Source of the DNA: Bacillota bacterium
GTDB taxonomy: Bacteria; Bacillota; Sulfobacillia; Sulfobacillales; JAIMBI01
Direction of reading: 5' to 3'
NCBI GenBank assembly: GCA_021818685.1
Contig: JAKATP010000003.1
Span: 447 to 64,446 of the forward strand
Length of the DNA: 64,000 bases
This document shows positions 34,033-43,856 of this stretch, piece by piece (positions within the stretch are counted from its first letter, which is position 1; each line of letters starts with the position of its first letter). Position numbers and translations under genes: made by a program. The notes beneath the pieces are model-generated. The model did not search any database and had not been told where the DNA came from. It worked only from the letters and a program-made list of their open reading frames with translations.

Positions 34033-37000
34033 TTACTCCTCCTCGCCTTCGTCGCTGTCCTCGTCGGTCGCGTCCGCCTCGGCCTGGCCGCGGCGTAGGA
34101 TAGAGAACACCGTGTCGCTCTCCGCGTCCTCGAGGTCTTCATCTCCACTGTTCTGCTCGGAGAAGCCTTCCGGCACCTTGCGCGCGGGTTCACTGGACTG
34201 GTCGCCCATGAGCCGCTTCAGCTCACGTTCGCGGGCGCCGTCATCATCCAAAGACCCTGGAAGCAGTTCGCGGCGGGGCTCCATTGGCTCGTCGTCGATC
34301 TCTCTCAGTTCAATCTCCTCATCGAGCTCGTTCAGGACCTTCACATCCAGGCCCAGGCTCTGCAATTCCTTGATCAGCACCTTGAACGACTCCGGGACGC
34401 CCGGCTCCGGCACATTCTCGCCCTTCACGATGGCCTCGTAGGTCTTCACCCGGCCGACAATGTCGTCGGATTTGACCGTCAAGAGTTCCTGAAGCGTGTA
34501 GGCGGCGCCGTAAGCTTCGAGAGCCCACACCTCCATCTCCCCGAAACGCTGCCCGCCAAACTGGGCCTTGCCTCCGAGCGGCTGCTGCGTCACGAGCGAG
34601 TACGGACCCGTCGACCGCGCGTGGATCTTGTCGTCAACCAGGTGAGCCAGCTTCAGCATGTACACCACGCCCACCGTGATGGGGTTGTCGAACGACTCCC
34701 CGGTGCGGCCGTCGTAGAGGACGGTCTTGCCGTCGCGGGGCAGTCCCGCCCGATGCAGGAAGTCGGCCACCTGATCCTCCGAGGCGCCGTCGAAGACCGG
34801 ACTCGCCACTTGCATGCCGAGCGCTTGCGCGGCCCATCCGAGGTGTGTCTCCAGCACCTGGCCGATGTTCATCCGCGAGGGCACCCCGAGTGGGTTCAGC
34901 ACGATGTCAACCGGCGTCCCGTCCGGCATGAAGGGCATGTCTTCTTCAGGCAGGATCTTGGAGATGACCCCCTTGTTGCCGTGACGGCCGGCCATCTTGT
35001 CCCCTTCCGAGATCTTCCGCTTCTGGGCGATGTATACCTGGACCAGCTGGTTTACACCCGGCGAGAGCTCCTCATCCTTGTTCTCACGGCTGAACTCTTC
35101 CACTTTGACCACGATGCCCGATTCACCGTGCGGCACCCTGAGGGACGTGTCCCGCACCTCGCGTGCCTTTTCGCCGAAGATCGCGCGCAATAGACGCTCT
35201 TCCGCCGTAAGTTCCGTCTCGCCCTTGGGGGTGACCTTGCCGACCAGGATGTCTCCCGGACGCACCTCGGCGCCGATGCGGATGATCCCCCGGTCGTCCA
35301 GGTCCTTTAGGACTTCCTCGCCGACGTTTGGAATGTCACGGGTAATCTCTTCAGGCCCGAGCTTGGTGTCGCGGGCGTCACACTCATACTCCTCGATGTG
35401 AATACTGGTGAACACGTCGTCCTTGACCAGCCGCTCCGAGATGAGAATCGCGTCCTCGTAGTTGTAGCCCTCCCAGGGCATGAAGGCGACCAACACGTTA
35501 CGGCCGAGTGCGAGCTCTCCCGCATCCGTGGAGGGCCCGTCCGCGAGCACGGCGCCCGCCTGAACCCGGTCCCCCCCGTGTACAATGGGCCGCTGGTTAA
35601 TGCAGGTACCCTGGTTGGAGCGCGCGAATTTCTGGAGCTTATAGGATTTCACCCGCCCCGAGGCGTAGCGCATGGTCACATGGTCCGCCGCCACGCTCTC
35701 CACCACGCCGTCCTCTTCCGCCACGACCAGCACGCCCGAGTCGCGTGCCGCCTTGCCTTCCATCCCGGTGCCCACGACGGGAGCGTCGGTGCGCAAGAGC
35801 GGCACAGCCTGCCGCTGCATGTTGGCGCCCATGAGCGCCCGGTTGGCGTCGTCGTGCTCCAGGAACGGGATAAGCGCCGTCGCGATGGACACGACCTGCT
35901 TGGGCGACACGTCCATGAAGTCCACCTGATTCGGGTCGACAGCCAGAATGTCGTGCTTGTAGCGTACGGTAACCCGGCCGAGTGGATCGGTGGGCTGGAA
36001 GCGCCCCGCATCGTCCAGCGGCTCGTTAGCCTGGGCAATGACGGCGTCGTCTTCCTCGTCCGCGGTCAGGTATACCACCTGATCCGTCACCACGCCGCGC
36101 TCCTTGTCCACCGGCCGGTAAGGGGTTTCCATGAACCCGAACTCGTTGACGCGCGCGTATGTCGACAACGACCCGATGAGACCGATGTTCGGACCCTCAG
36201 GGGTCTCAATCGGGCACATCCGACCATAGTGCGAGTGATGGACGTCGCGCACCTCGAAGCCGGCCCGCTCTCGAGAGAGGCCGCCCGGTCCGAGGGCCGA
36301 CAGACGCCGCTTGTGCGTCAGCTCTGCCAGCGGATTGGTCTGGTCCATGAACTGCGAGAGCTGCGACGATCCGAAGAACTCCTTGACGGCCGCCACGACC
36401 GGCCGGATGTTGATGAGCGCCTGCGGGGTAATGGATTCGACGTCTTGGATGGTCATGCGCTCGCGCACGACCCGTTCCATACGCGCGAGCCCTACCCGGA
36501 ACTGGTTTTGCAAGAGCTCGCCCACCGATCGCAGCCGCCGGTTGCCGAGGTGGTCGATGTCATCAACCGAACCCACACCATAGTGCAGGCACATCATGTA
36601 GTTGACGACCGCCACCACATCCTCCGACGTAATGGTCTTCTGGTCGCGGTCCGGCTGGGCGTTGGAGACGACCAGGAGCTCGCGGCCATCTTCCACCCGG
36701 ATGCTCATGGAGCGCACGCCCGCCCGGTCGATGGCCTCGGCCATCTCGCGGCTGATGCGCTCGTCCTCGTGCACTAATACCTCGCCGGTCTCCGGGTCCA
36801 CAACCGTCTCGGCCGCCACCTGCCCGATGATACGCCGACGGATCGCGAGCTTCTTGTTAATCTTGTAACGGCCGACTCCGGCCAAATCGTAGCGTTTGGG
36901 CTCAAAGAACAGCGACTGCAAGAGGGTGTTGGCGCTCTCCACGGTCGGAGGCTCGCCCGGACGCAGGCGCTTATAGATCTCAATCAGCGCCTCCTCCATT

Positions 37001-37674
37001 GTCCGGCTCGGGTCCTTGGCCAGGGTCTGCTGGATGCGGGCGTCATCGCCGACGGCTTCCACGATCTGCTGGTCCGTGGTTATGCCCAGAGCCCGGAGCA
37101 GGATCGTGGCCGGAATCTTGCGGGTCCGGTCGATGCGGACCGACAGCACATCATTGGCGTCCGACTCAAACTCAAGCCACGCGCCGCGGTTCGGGATAAC
37201 CGTCGACGAAAACAGGCGCTTTCCGGCGAGGTCCAGCTCTTCATCGAAGTACACGCCGGGCGAGCGGACCAGCTGACTCACGATGACGCGCTCCGCCCCG
37301 TTGATGATGAAGGTGCCTTTGTCCGTCATGAGCGGGAAGTCGCCCATGAACACATCCTGCTCCTTTATCTCTCCGGTCTCCTTGTTAAGGAGGCGCACGC
37401 GGACGTGAAGCGGTGCCGAATAGGTGACGTCTCGCTCCTTGCAGTCCTCAACGGAATACTTGGGATCCTTAAGCTTGTGGTCGACAAACTCCAGCTGGAG
37501 ATTCCCCGTAAAGTCTTGAATGGGAGAAATATCCCGCAGAAGCTCGGTCAGGCCTTTTTCCAAAAACCAGTGATAGGAATTCTGCTGCAGCTCGATCAGG
37601 TTCGGCATGTCCAGCACTTCATTGATAGAGGCGAAACTCACGCGCTCGGAGCGATTCTCGAGGGGTTGGGCCAT
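34033..37674 (-). CDS. rpoB: DNA-directed RNA polymerase subunit beta, with an acidic C-terminal tail
   Basis: 1213 aa. Conserved blocks such as [25 protein letters not shown] and [13 protein letters not shown]. Confidence 0.98.
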   Translation of the reverse strand: MAQPLENRSERVSFASINEVLDMPNLIELQQNSYHWFLEKGLTELLRDISPIQDFTGNLQLEFVDHKLKDPKYSVEDCKERDVTYSAPLHVRVRLLNKETGEIKEQDVFMGDFPLMTDKGTFIINGAERVIVSQLVRSPGVYFDEELDLAGKRLFSSTVIPNRGAWLEFESDANDVLSVRIDRTRKIPATILLRALGITTDQQIVEAVGDDARIQQTLAKDPSRTMEEALIEIYKRLRPGEPPTVESANTLLQSLFFEPKRYDLAGVGRYKINKKLAIRRRIIGQVAAETVVDPETGEVLVHEDERISREMAEAIDRAGVRSMSIRVEDGRELLVVSNAQPDRDQKTITSEDVVAVVNYMMCLHYGVGSVDDIDHLGNRRLRSVGELLQNQFRVGLARMERVVRERMTIQDVESITPQALINIRPVVAAVKEFFGSSQLSQFMDQTNPLAELTHKRRLSALGPGGLSRERAGFEVRDVHHSHYGRMCPIETPEGPNIGLIGSLSTYARVNEFGFMETPYRPVDKERGVVTDQVVYLTADEEDDAVIAQANEPLDDAGRFQPTDPLGRVTVRYKHDILAVDPNQVDFMDVSPKQVVSIATALIPFLEHDDANRALMGANMQRQAVPLLRTDAPVVGTGMEGKAARDSGVLVVAEEDGVVESVAADHVTMRYASGRVKSYKLQKFARSNQGTCINQRPIVHGGDRVQAGAVLADGPSTDAGELALGRNVLVAFMPWEGYNYEDAILISERLVKDDVFTSIHIEEYECDARDTKLGPEEITRDIPNVGEEVLKDLDDRGIIRIGAEVRPGDILVGKVTPKGETELTAEERLLRAIFGEKAREVRDTSLRVPHGESGIVVKVEEFSRENKDEELSPGVNQLVQVYIAQKRKISEGDKMAGRHGNKGVISKILPEEDMPFMPDGTPVDIVLNPLGVPSRMNIGQVLETHLGWAAQALGMQVASPVFDGASEDQVADFLHRAGLPRDGKTVLYDGRTGESFDNPITVGVVYMLKLAHLVDDKIHARSTGPYSLVTQQPLGGKAQFGGQRFGEMEVWALEAYGAAYTLQELLTVKSDDIVGRVKTYEAIVKGENVPEPGVPESFKVLIKELQSLGLDVKVLNELDEEIELREIDDEPMEPRRELLPGSLDDDGARERELKRLMGDQSSEPARKVPEGFSEQNSGDEDLEDAESDTVFSILRRGQAEADATDEDSDEGEEE

Positions 37675-37768
37675 TCAGGTGTCAGCTCCTTGTTCCCGAT
37701 TAGGTCTAAAAAACGGCTTCGGCGCCCAGGACAAGGCACTCAAGGTGGACGTAAAATAGCAAGTCTAT

Positions 37769-37797
37769 ATAATACGGCACGCCCGCAACCCAGTCAA
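37769..37797 (-). promoter_or_regulatory. Sigma-A-type promoter upstream of rpoB
   Basis: Minus strand TTGACT (37797-37792), exact 17-nt spacer, TATTAT (37774-37769). Lies about 95 nt upstream of the rpoB ATG. Confidence 0.55.
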
Positions 37798-37823
37798 GAA
37801 CACGCGCTCGACTGGGTGCGGGC
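37781..37823 (-). terminator. GC-rich hairpin just after rplL (possible partial terminator or attenuator)
   Basis: GCCCGCA-CCCAGUC / GACUGGGUUGCGGGC arms, about 14 bp with one bulge. There is no clean U-tract, and the 3' arm contains the -35 of the rpoB promoter. Confidence 0.35.
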
Positions 37824-37838
37824 TTCCGATGCAGTTGT

Positions 37839-38222
37839 CTACTTGATCTCGACGCTGGCGCCTGCCTCTTCGAGCTTCGCCTTCGCCGCCTCGGCGTCGG
37901 CCCGGGAGATCTTCTCCTTGACCGCCTTCGGGGCCGCGTCCACGACTGCTTTGGCTTCCGTGAGGGACAGCCCCGTCAGCTCGCGAACCGCCTTAATCAC
38001 CTGAACCTTCTTGTCGCCCGAGGCCGTAATGATCACGTCAAACTCGGTCTGCTCCACAACCTCGGGGACTTCCGCCGCAACTGCCGCCGCCGGCGCCGCC
38101 GCCATTGCCATCGGCGCGGCCGCGCTGACACCAAACTCTTCTTCCAGGGCCTTCACCAGCTGCGACAGTTCCAGCACGTTCATGCCCTTGACGCTCTCGA
38201 TGATTTCTTCGACCTTCGCCAT
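37839..38222 (-). CDS. rplL: 50S ribosomal protein L7/L12
   Basis: 127 aa. Ala-rich hinge and a C-terminal domain ([32 protein letters not shown]). Confidence 0.97.
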   Translation of the reverse strand: MAKVEEIIESVKGMNVLELSQLVKALEEEFGVSAAAPMAMAAAPAAAVAAEVPEVVEQTEFDVIITASGDKKVQVIKAVRELTGLSLTEAKAVVDAAPKAVKEKISRADAEAAKAKLEEAGASVEIK

Positions 38223-38277
38223 CCAGATCCCTCTTCCTTAAAAGACTATAGCCTCTAGTGGGTCGTTACCAGGGGGC

Positions 38278-38808
38278 TTAAGCCGTTTCGGCCGCCGCCC
38301 TTTGCTGCCGAACTTGGTCAAGCACCCGCGCCAACCCGGCAATGGGGGCGTCGAGCACTGTCACCAGCATGCGGATCGGCTGCACCAGCGTGCCCACCAC
38401 CTGGGCGCGAAGTTCCTGCTGACCGGGAAGATTGGCGAGCCGTCTGACGTCATCCGCGTCCAGCACCCGCCCCTCCAAGAGCCCTGCCTTGATCTCAAGC
38501 GTGCGAAGCTCGCGTGCCTTTCGCTGGACCCCCCGGGCGGGGGCTACGGGGTCCGACGTCGACGCCATGACAATGGTCGGGCCCGCGAGAAATGGATCGA
38601 GTCCGACAATCCCCACCTCGTCCGCGGCCCGCTTGATGAGAGTGTTTTTGATGACACGGACCTGCACCCCGGTCTCAGCCAGATCGCGCCGCATCTTGTT
38701 CATCTGCGCGACCGAGAGCTGCCGATAATCGGCCAGCACGACCGCCTGGGCCTCACGGAGCATATCCGCGGTCTCATGCACCGTCTCCACCTTCTGCGGA
38801 GTCGGCAT
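38278..38808 (-). CDS. rplJ: 50S ribosomal protein L10
   Basis: 176 aa. AQAVVLADYRQLSVAQMNKMRRDL. Confidence 0.96.
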   Translation of the reverse strand: MPTPQKVETVHETADMLREAQAVVLADYRQLSVAQMNKMRRDLAETGVQVRVIKNTLIKRAADEVGIVGLDPFLAGPTIVMASTSDPVAPARGVQRKARELRTLEIKAGLLEGRVLDADDVRRLANLPGQQELRAQVVGTLVQPIRMLVTVLDAPIAGLARVLDQVRQQRAAAETA

Positions 38809-38940
38809 GGCTCACCTCCTCACAACAAAAAACCTCTGTCCGCCCAAGACAGAGGATCAGTCGCCGCGGCATGCCGCTTTTCTGAAACTCGTCGCCTGGA
38901 CAGGATGATTAAGCACAAAGCCCCTGTCGTCTTGGGCGTC
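38809..38940 (-). promoter_or_regulatory. rplJ (L10) leader with terminator/antiterminator architecture
   Basis: Minus-strand hairpin CCUCUGUC-UUGGGCG-GACAGAGG followed by UUUUUUGUUGUG (38822-38855), just 5' of RBS GAGGAGGUGA. An upstream 9-mer GCCCAAGAC (38929-38937) is perfectly complementary to GUCUUGGGC inside that hairpin. Confidence 0.6.
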
Positions 38941-38946
38941 CGTATA

Positions 38947-38975
38947 GATTTACCACATATGCCGCCGGGCGTAAA
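38947..38975 (-). promoter_or_regulatory. Candidate promoter for rplJL
   Basis: Minus strand TTTACG, 17 nt, TGG-TAAATC (extended -10). Confidence 0.4.
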
Positions 38976-39143
38976 GCGAGCCGCCCGCGCTCTCACCGGC
39001 TTTCCATGTGCCGGGTATGTCGGTCCGGACCCCCGACGCTCCCCGGACGATTATCGCTTCCAAGGCTCTCGGCTTACACGTCTGAGGCTCCGGGCGGAGC
39101 CAACCAACAAGAGAGGCCAGCGGATATTCTACAACCCCGTCTG

Positions 39144-39527
39144 TTATGTGCCGGGCCGAATGCGTATCACGGCTGCTTGCAGAGGGGTGCCGCCGCGCTT
39201 TTCCAACACGGTCACGACTTCTCCCGCCTTGAGGGCGGAGGCCGAAGCTTTCGTGCGTCCGCTTCTCACCCTCGTGGTGCTTCCGAATTGAAGCGTGTAG
39301 ACGCTCCCGTGCTTCGTTGTGATGGTCAGCGTAGATGACGTCAGCTTCGTGATCTTCCCGTGTAGGCGCCTGCGCTTCTTATGAGGAGACGAGTGGTGAT
39401 GTGAAACCGGGCTCGTAGCGGATGCAGCCGCGGTGGGGGTGGCGGACCCGCACGCCGCGATGCCGCCTGCCAGCAAAACCACCTCCGCCATCAGCAGTCC
39501 TCGCCGCAGCACTTGCTTCAACTTCAT
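39144..39527 (-). CDS. Lipoprotein (DUF5666-like beta domain)
   Basis: 127 aa. Signal peptide plus lipobox LLAGGIAAC. Followed by a His-rich linker and a TLTITTKHGSVYTLQFGSTTRV..LKAGEVVTV pattern. Confidence 0.6.
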   Translation of the reverse strand: MKLKQVLRRGLLMAEVVLLAGGIAACGSATPTAAASATSPVSHHHSSPHKKRRRLHGKITKLTSSTLTITTKHGSVYTLQFGSTTRVRSGRTKASASALKAGEVVTVLEKRGGTPLQAAVIRIRPGT

Positions 39528-40088
39528 AGCATGACCTCCGCCGTCTTTTCAGGCGCAGCCCACAGCGAGCCATCCCGGCTGTGACATGCGCGCCGTCGTC
39601 GACAATCCTCGTTGTGGCATGGCATGAGACGCATCGCAGTGTAGACCCCCGGTGTCAAGGTCCTGTCAAGAAATCCTCATGCCGCCCTTAAGCTTTGATG
39701 GTCCAACACCCAGGGGACCGCGACCGCTCTCCCTGGCTCGCCCCGTCTCCACCAGGAACGAGACGATCACGAAAAACGGCTCGGCACCGAGGGCGGCCTT
39801 CGGACATGACTGCGCAGACGGGGCCACGCGATCCCGAGGACTCCACGAACGGGCCCATCCGAAGGCTGGGGCACCGGACGATCCCATTACCGTCCCCTGC
39901 CGGTGCTGCAGGACTCCGGCGGAAGGGCCGGGGGCACTCCTGTCCGGTTCTTGTCGGCCTTGATGGCTTCTTGACAATGGCTTGCTAATGTCGCCCTGAT
40001 CCGATCTTTCTCCATCCAACAATCGTGAATAGAGGCCCGGCTGCCGTCAATCGCGCGAGCTTTGCACGGGCCCTTCATAAAGGGAAGG

Positions 40089-41603
40089 ATGAGAACCCTG
40101 CAGACACCGCTCGAGCCGGGTCCGCATCGTGGTAGGCCTTGGCTTTCCATGCCCCGTGTCGTCCTGTTGGCTACCGGAACCGGCCTCGTGCTGGCCGGTG
40201 CCACCTACGGAGTCGTCCGTGCAAGCAAGCCGCCCCCCCCTATTCGGTACGTCACGGCCCCGGTGCGCCGCGGCGCCGTCACTCTCACGTATCAGGACAC
40301 AGGCGAGGTACTGCCCGCTGCCACGGCTACGTTCACACTGCCCGACGCATCGGCCAGCGTGAGCACGCTCAGCGTTCAGCCAGGTCAGGCGGTGACAGCG
40401 GGTCAGATTTTGGGCCAGCTGAGTGACCCCACCTTGCAAACCGCGCTGTCCAGTGCGGACGCAACCCTGCAGAAAGCGCAGGCGGCACTGGCGGCCGCCG
40501 AGAACCCGGCCGCCAGTGCGGAGGCCGCAGCCAGCATCCAAGAGGCACGCGACAATGTGGCGGCCGCCGAAGTTACCCTCCAAAGCGACCAGACGCTCCT
40601 GTCCTCCTTGACGGTCCGTGCCTCGGTCAGTGGGCCCGTTCACCTTTTCGTGACGAAGGGCCAGGACGTCACGGCGGGAGAGCCCCTGGCCACCCAAGGT
40701 GGGACGACCTATACCAGTCCCGCAGCCGGGTCGGTGTCCAGCATCAACATCGCGCAGGGCGCCACGGCCCAACCCGCCACGGTCCTCCTGCAGATAAGCG
40801 ACCCGGCTCTGGCGGCCAGAGTTGTGCAGGATGAGAGTGCGCTTGCCGCGAGTCAGGTTGCCTTAAACGCCGCGCTGGTCAATGACAGTTCCGCCGCCTT
40901 GAGCGGCACGGTGGCGCAGGACCGATCGCTAGTGGAGGCCGACCAGGCCACCGTCTCTGCCATCACCCAAGAGGTCGACGCCTTGACGATGCGAGCGCCG
41001 TTCGCGGGGACGGTGACCACGGCGAACAGCAATCCGGCGGGAGTCAACGGGCCCGTGGTTACGGTGGCGTCCAACAGCCGGTCCGTCACGGTGACGGTGC
41101 CGGAAACCAATATCGGGGCGGTGCACACGGGTCAGAGCCTCGTCGCGAGCCTGCCCGCATACCCGGGCCACCGGTTGACGGGCGTCGTGACGGCCATCGC
41201 CCCGATGGCCGCCTATACAAACGGTGTGGCCTCCTTTACGGTCACGGCCCAGTTAAACGACTGGCCCCATTTTCCCTACTACGGTGTCAGCACCAACGTG
41301 AGCATCGTATTAAAAAAAGTGAAAAACGCCCTCACGGTGCCCTTGGCGGCCCTGCGCACCCGCAACGGTCACACGATGGTGCTGGTGCCAAGCGGCTCCA
41401 CCACCAGGGCCGTTCCGGTACGGGTGATCCTGGAGACGCCGTCTAAGGTGGCGGTAAGCTCGGCGGCTCTCCATGTGGGAGAGCGGGTCGTGGTGGCCGT
41501 CCCCGTTTCCACGCCTGGCAAGCTCAGGCTGAAAGCCCGCGGGCGCGGCCTGCATCATGCCGGCGCGAAGCGACGAGGGGCGCGGACGGGAGGTAAGGCA
41601 TGA
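40089..41603 (+). CDS. HlyD/MacA-family periplasmic adaptor (efflux membrane fusion protein)
   Basis: N-terminal TM helix (VVLLATGTGLVLAGATYGVV), Ala/Gln-rich coiled-coil segment, then beta-barrel-like repeats. The stop overlaps the ATPase start (ATGA). The start is uncertain (TTG 40062, ATG 40089 or ATG 40149). Confidence 0.75.
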   Translation: MRTLQTPLEPGPHRGRPWLSMPRVVLLATGTGLVLAGATYGVVRASKPPPPIRYVTAPVRRGAVTLTYQDTGEVLPAATATFTLPDASASVSTLSVQPGQAVTAGQILGQLSDPTLQTALSSADATLQKAQAALAAAENPAASAEAAASIQEARDNVAAAEVTLQSDQTLLSSLTVRASVSGPVHLFVTKGQDVTAGEPLATQGGTTYTSPAAGSVSSINIAQGATAQPATVLLQISDPALAARVVQDESALAASQVALNAALVNDSSAALSGTVAQDRSLVEADQATVSAITQEVDALTMRAPFAGTVTTANSNPAGVNGPVVTVASNSRSVTVTVPETNIGAVHTGQSLVASLPAYPGHRLTGVVTAIAPMAAYTNGVASFTVTAQLNDWPHFPYYGVSTNVSIVLKKVKNALTVPLAALRTRNGHTMVLVPSGSTTRAVPVRVILETPSKVAVSSAALHVGERVVVAVPVSTPGKLRLKARGRGLHHAGAKRRGARTGGKA

Positions 41604-42295
41604 TCCGGGTCCGCCATCTGACCAAAGACTATCGCCTGGGTTCCAACACGTTTCGGGCACTGCACGACGTAACATTTGACGTCGAGACCGGTGCCATGGT
41701 GGCCATCATGGGGCAGTCCGGATCTGGAAAGACGACGCTCATGAACGTGCTCGGCGGACTAGATACGCCCACCGACGGCCAGTATTGGCTGAACGGGCGG
41801 GAAGTGGGGCGTTTTGACCCCGTGACATGGTCGCATATTCGCAATCGAACGATCGGCTTCGTTTTTCAGAACTTTAATCTCGTCCCCACCCTGACAGCCA
41901 TCGGCAACGTGGAACTGCCCCTCATCTACCGACGCGTCCCTCCCCGCATCCGACGGACGCGAGCTGTGGAGGTGCTGGGAGCCATGGGGCTAGGAGAACG
42001 ACTCCACCACTATCCGACTCAACTGTCAGGAGGGCAGCAGCAGCGGGTCGCGATCGCCCGCGCTCTGGTGGGTGACCCGCCCTTGCTGCTGGCCGACGAA
42101 CCTACGGGCAACCTGGACGTCAACACCGGCCGGGAGATCTTGAGCGTGCTGCAAGAGCTGCACCAGGCAGGACGCACCGTGGTGGTGGTCACCCACGCGC
42201 CTGAGGTGGCAGCCGTGTGCGAGCGCGTGCTGCGCATGCAGGATGGACGCATGGAGGCTCAGCGCTTCGAGGAGGATGCCCATGAACTGGAGTGA
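41600..42295 (+). CDS. ABC transporter ATP-binding protein, MacB/LolD type
   Basis: 231 aa. Walker A GQSGSGKTT, signature LSGGQQQRVAIARAL, Walker B LLLADEPTGNLD. Confidence 0.93.
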   Translation: MIRVRHLTKDYRLGSNTFRALHDVTFDVETGAMVAIMGQSGSGKTTLMNVLGGLDTPTDGQYWLNGREVGRFDPVTWSHIRNRTIGFVFQNFNLVPTLTAIGNVELPLIYRRVPPRIRRTRAVEVLGAMGLGERLHHYPTQLSGGQQQRVAIARALVGDPPLLLADEPTGNLDVNTGREILSVLQELHQAGRTVVVVTHAPEVAAVCERVLRMQDGRMEAQRFEEDAHELE

Positions 42296-43448
42296 CGCCG
42301 TGCGCGTGGCCTGGCATGGCGTCTGGGGTCACAAGCTTCGCGCCTTGTTGACTATGCTGGGCGTGGTGATCGGCGTCGCCGCCGTCATTGTCCTGGTCGC
42401 GATCGGCAACGGCGCATCGAGCGTTGTCGCGTCCCGTATCGAAACCCTGGGTACCAACGTGCTCTTTGTCAGCCCAGCCGCAGGCACCCCGTTCACGACC
42501 GCCCAGGTACCCTACATCCGTCACAATGTGTCGATGGCGCATCGTATCGTACCGATACTGGACTCTGCCGGCAAGATCACGGTGGGTACGACCACGATGG
42601 GGGCACCGATTGTGGGAACGACCCCGGCCTACGCCGATCTGGGATCTCTGCATGTCGCCGGCGGCCGCTTTCTCACGCCGGTGGACGCGCAGTTCGACCG
42701 TCATGTAGCCGTCTTAGGGGCCAATGTCAGCGCCAATCTCTTCGGACACAGCGATCCGGTCGGACAAACCGTTGCGCTTTTGGGGCAGCAGTTTCGCGTC
42801 GTGGGGGTGTTGAATCCCGTGGGTCAGGGACCGGGCACCAGTCAGGATAATGAGGTGTTCATCCCGTTGTCCACGGCCCAGGCTCTGCTCGGCACCAACG
42901 GCCTGAGCCTGGTGATGGTCCAGGCCGCCTCCCCATCGCAAGCGTCATTAGTGGACGACTGGCTCACCAACCTCTACACGAACCTCTACGGCAGCCCGAG
43001 CGCGGTGAGCGTGCAATCGGAAGACCAGGTCCTCGCCACGCTGTCGGCGACGCGCCAGACGTTCACCGACCTTCTGGCCGGCACGGCCGCGATCTCGCTG
43101 TTGGTCGGCGGCATCGGCATCATGAACATCATGCTGGTGTCGGTCACCGAGCGAACCCGCGAGATCGGCATCCGACGGGCGGTCGGAGCTGTTCCGGAAG
43201 ACGTGGTGCTCCAGTTTCTCCTGGAGTCCATGGGGGTGAGCCTGGTCGGCGGGGTCATCGGAATCGGCCTCGGGGTCATCCTTCTGCGGCTGGCACCTCT
43301 CATCCTGCACAGTCCCGCCGTCTTCTCGCCGACGTCTGTCGTGCTGGCATTCGTGTTCAGTACGGTCGTCGGACTCGGCTTCGGGCTGTACCCGGCCCTG
43401 CGTGCCTCGCGGCTTAACCCTATCGAGGCACTCCGCTACACGGGATAG
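42282..43448 (+). CDS. ABC transporter permease, FtsX/MacB type
   Basis: MNWSDAVRVAWHGVWGHKLRALLTMLGVVIGVAAV and a C-terminal FtsX domain (GGIGIMNIMLVSVTERTREIGIRRAVGA). ATG 42282 follows GAGGAGGA. Confidence 0.9.
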   Translation: MNWSDAVRVAWHGVWGHKLRALLTMLGVVIGVAAVIVLVAIGNGASSVVASRIETLGTNVLFVSPAAGTPFTTAQVPYIRHNVSMAHRIVPILDSAGKITVGTTTMGAPIVGTTPAYADLGSLHVAGGRFLTPVDAQFDRHVAVLGANVSANLFGHSDPVGQTVALLGQQFRVVGVLNPVGQGPGTSQDNEVFIPLSTAQALLGTNGLSLVMVQAASPSQASLVDDWLTNLYTNLYGSPSAVSVQSEDQVLATLSATRQTFTDLLAGTAAISLLVGGIGIMNIMLVSVTERTREIGIRRAVGAVPEDVVLQFLLESMGVSLVGGVIGIGLGVILLRLAPLILHSPAVFSPTSVVLAFVFSTVVGLGFGLYPALRASRLNPIEALRYTG

Positions 43449-43856
43449 GTCACCAGGGCCCGGGGGGCCGAAGGCGGTCGCGCCGATGTCGGAGAGTCCC
43501 CTGTTGGAGGACGACGATCCCATGCGGCGGTGCGGCACCTGGCCGACGAGCGGCTCGCCCGGGGCCAGCCCCTCGGCCCACGACCCCCAACATGTGCACG
43601 GCGGGAAAGAGAGCGCCTGGCCCTGGCGCCTTCCATATCCCGGCCAGCCCGGACGGAACCCCGATCCCGACCGAGCATCGTTGCCTGAGATCCGTCCACC
43701 CGAACCCATCGCTCATGTCGCCGGGGACGACCGAGCCCGGACTCAAGGGCGCCTCGGCCTCAATACAGAGAGGGCAGAGTGGCTTTTCGCGAGAGCGTCT
43801 TGGGCGGATGGTCTTCGCCGTGGCATACCACGGTCCGGAGGCCCCGAGGGCCCACA

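Noticed and set aside
34032-34193. N-terminal 54-codon extension of the rpoC ORF overlapping the rpoB 3' end
   Set aside because: The extension is Arg/Thr/Ala-rich junk. A GTG preceded by GGAGGAG lies immediately after the rpoB stop, and the conserved rpoC N-terminus ([23 protein letters not shown]) begins there.
35398-36777. 459-aa plus-strand ORF, and similar ones at 34621..35193 and 37405..38004
   Set aside because: Antisense to rpoB or rplL, with the same shadow-ORF character. The true coding strand is unambiguous from the conserved RNAP and L7/L12 motifs.
43449-43856. ORFs in the 408-nt convergent gap between the FtsX permease and the AI-2E transporter (43450..43857, 43592..43972)
   Set aside because: They are Pro/Gly/Arg-rich, mutually overlapping, and have no RBS or motif. 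I treat the region as non-coding 3' space for the two convergent genes.
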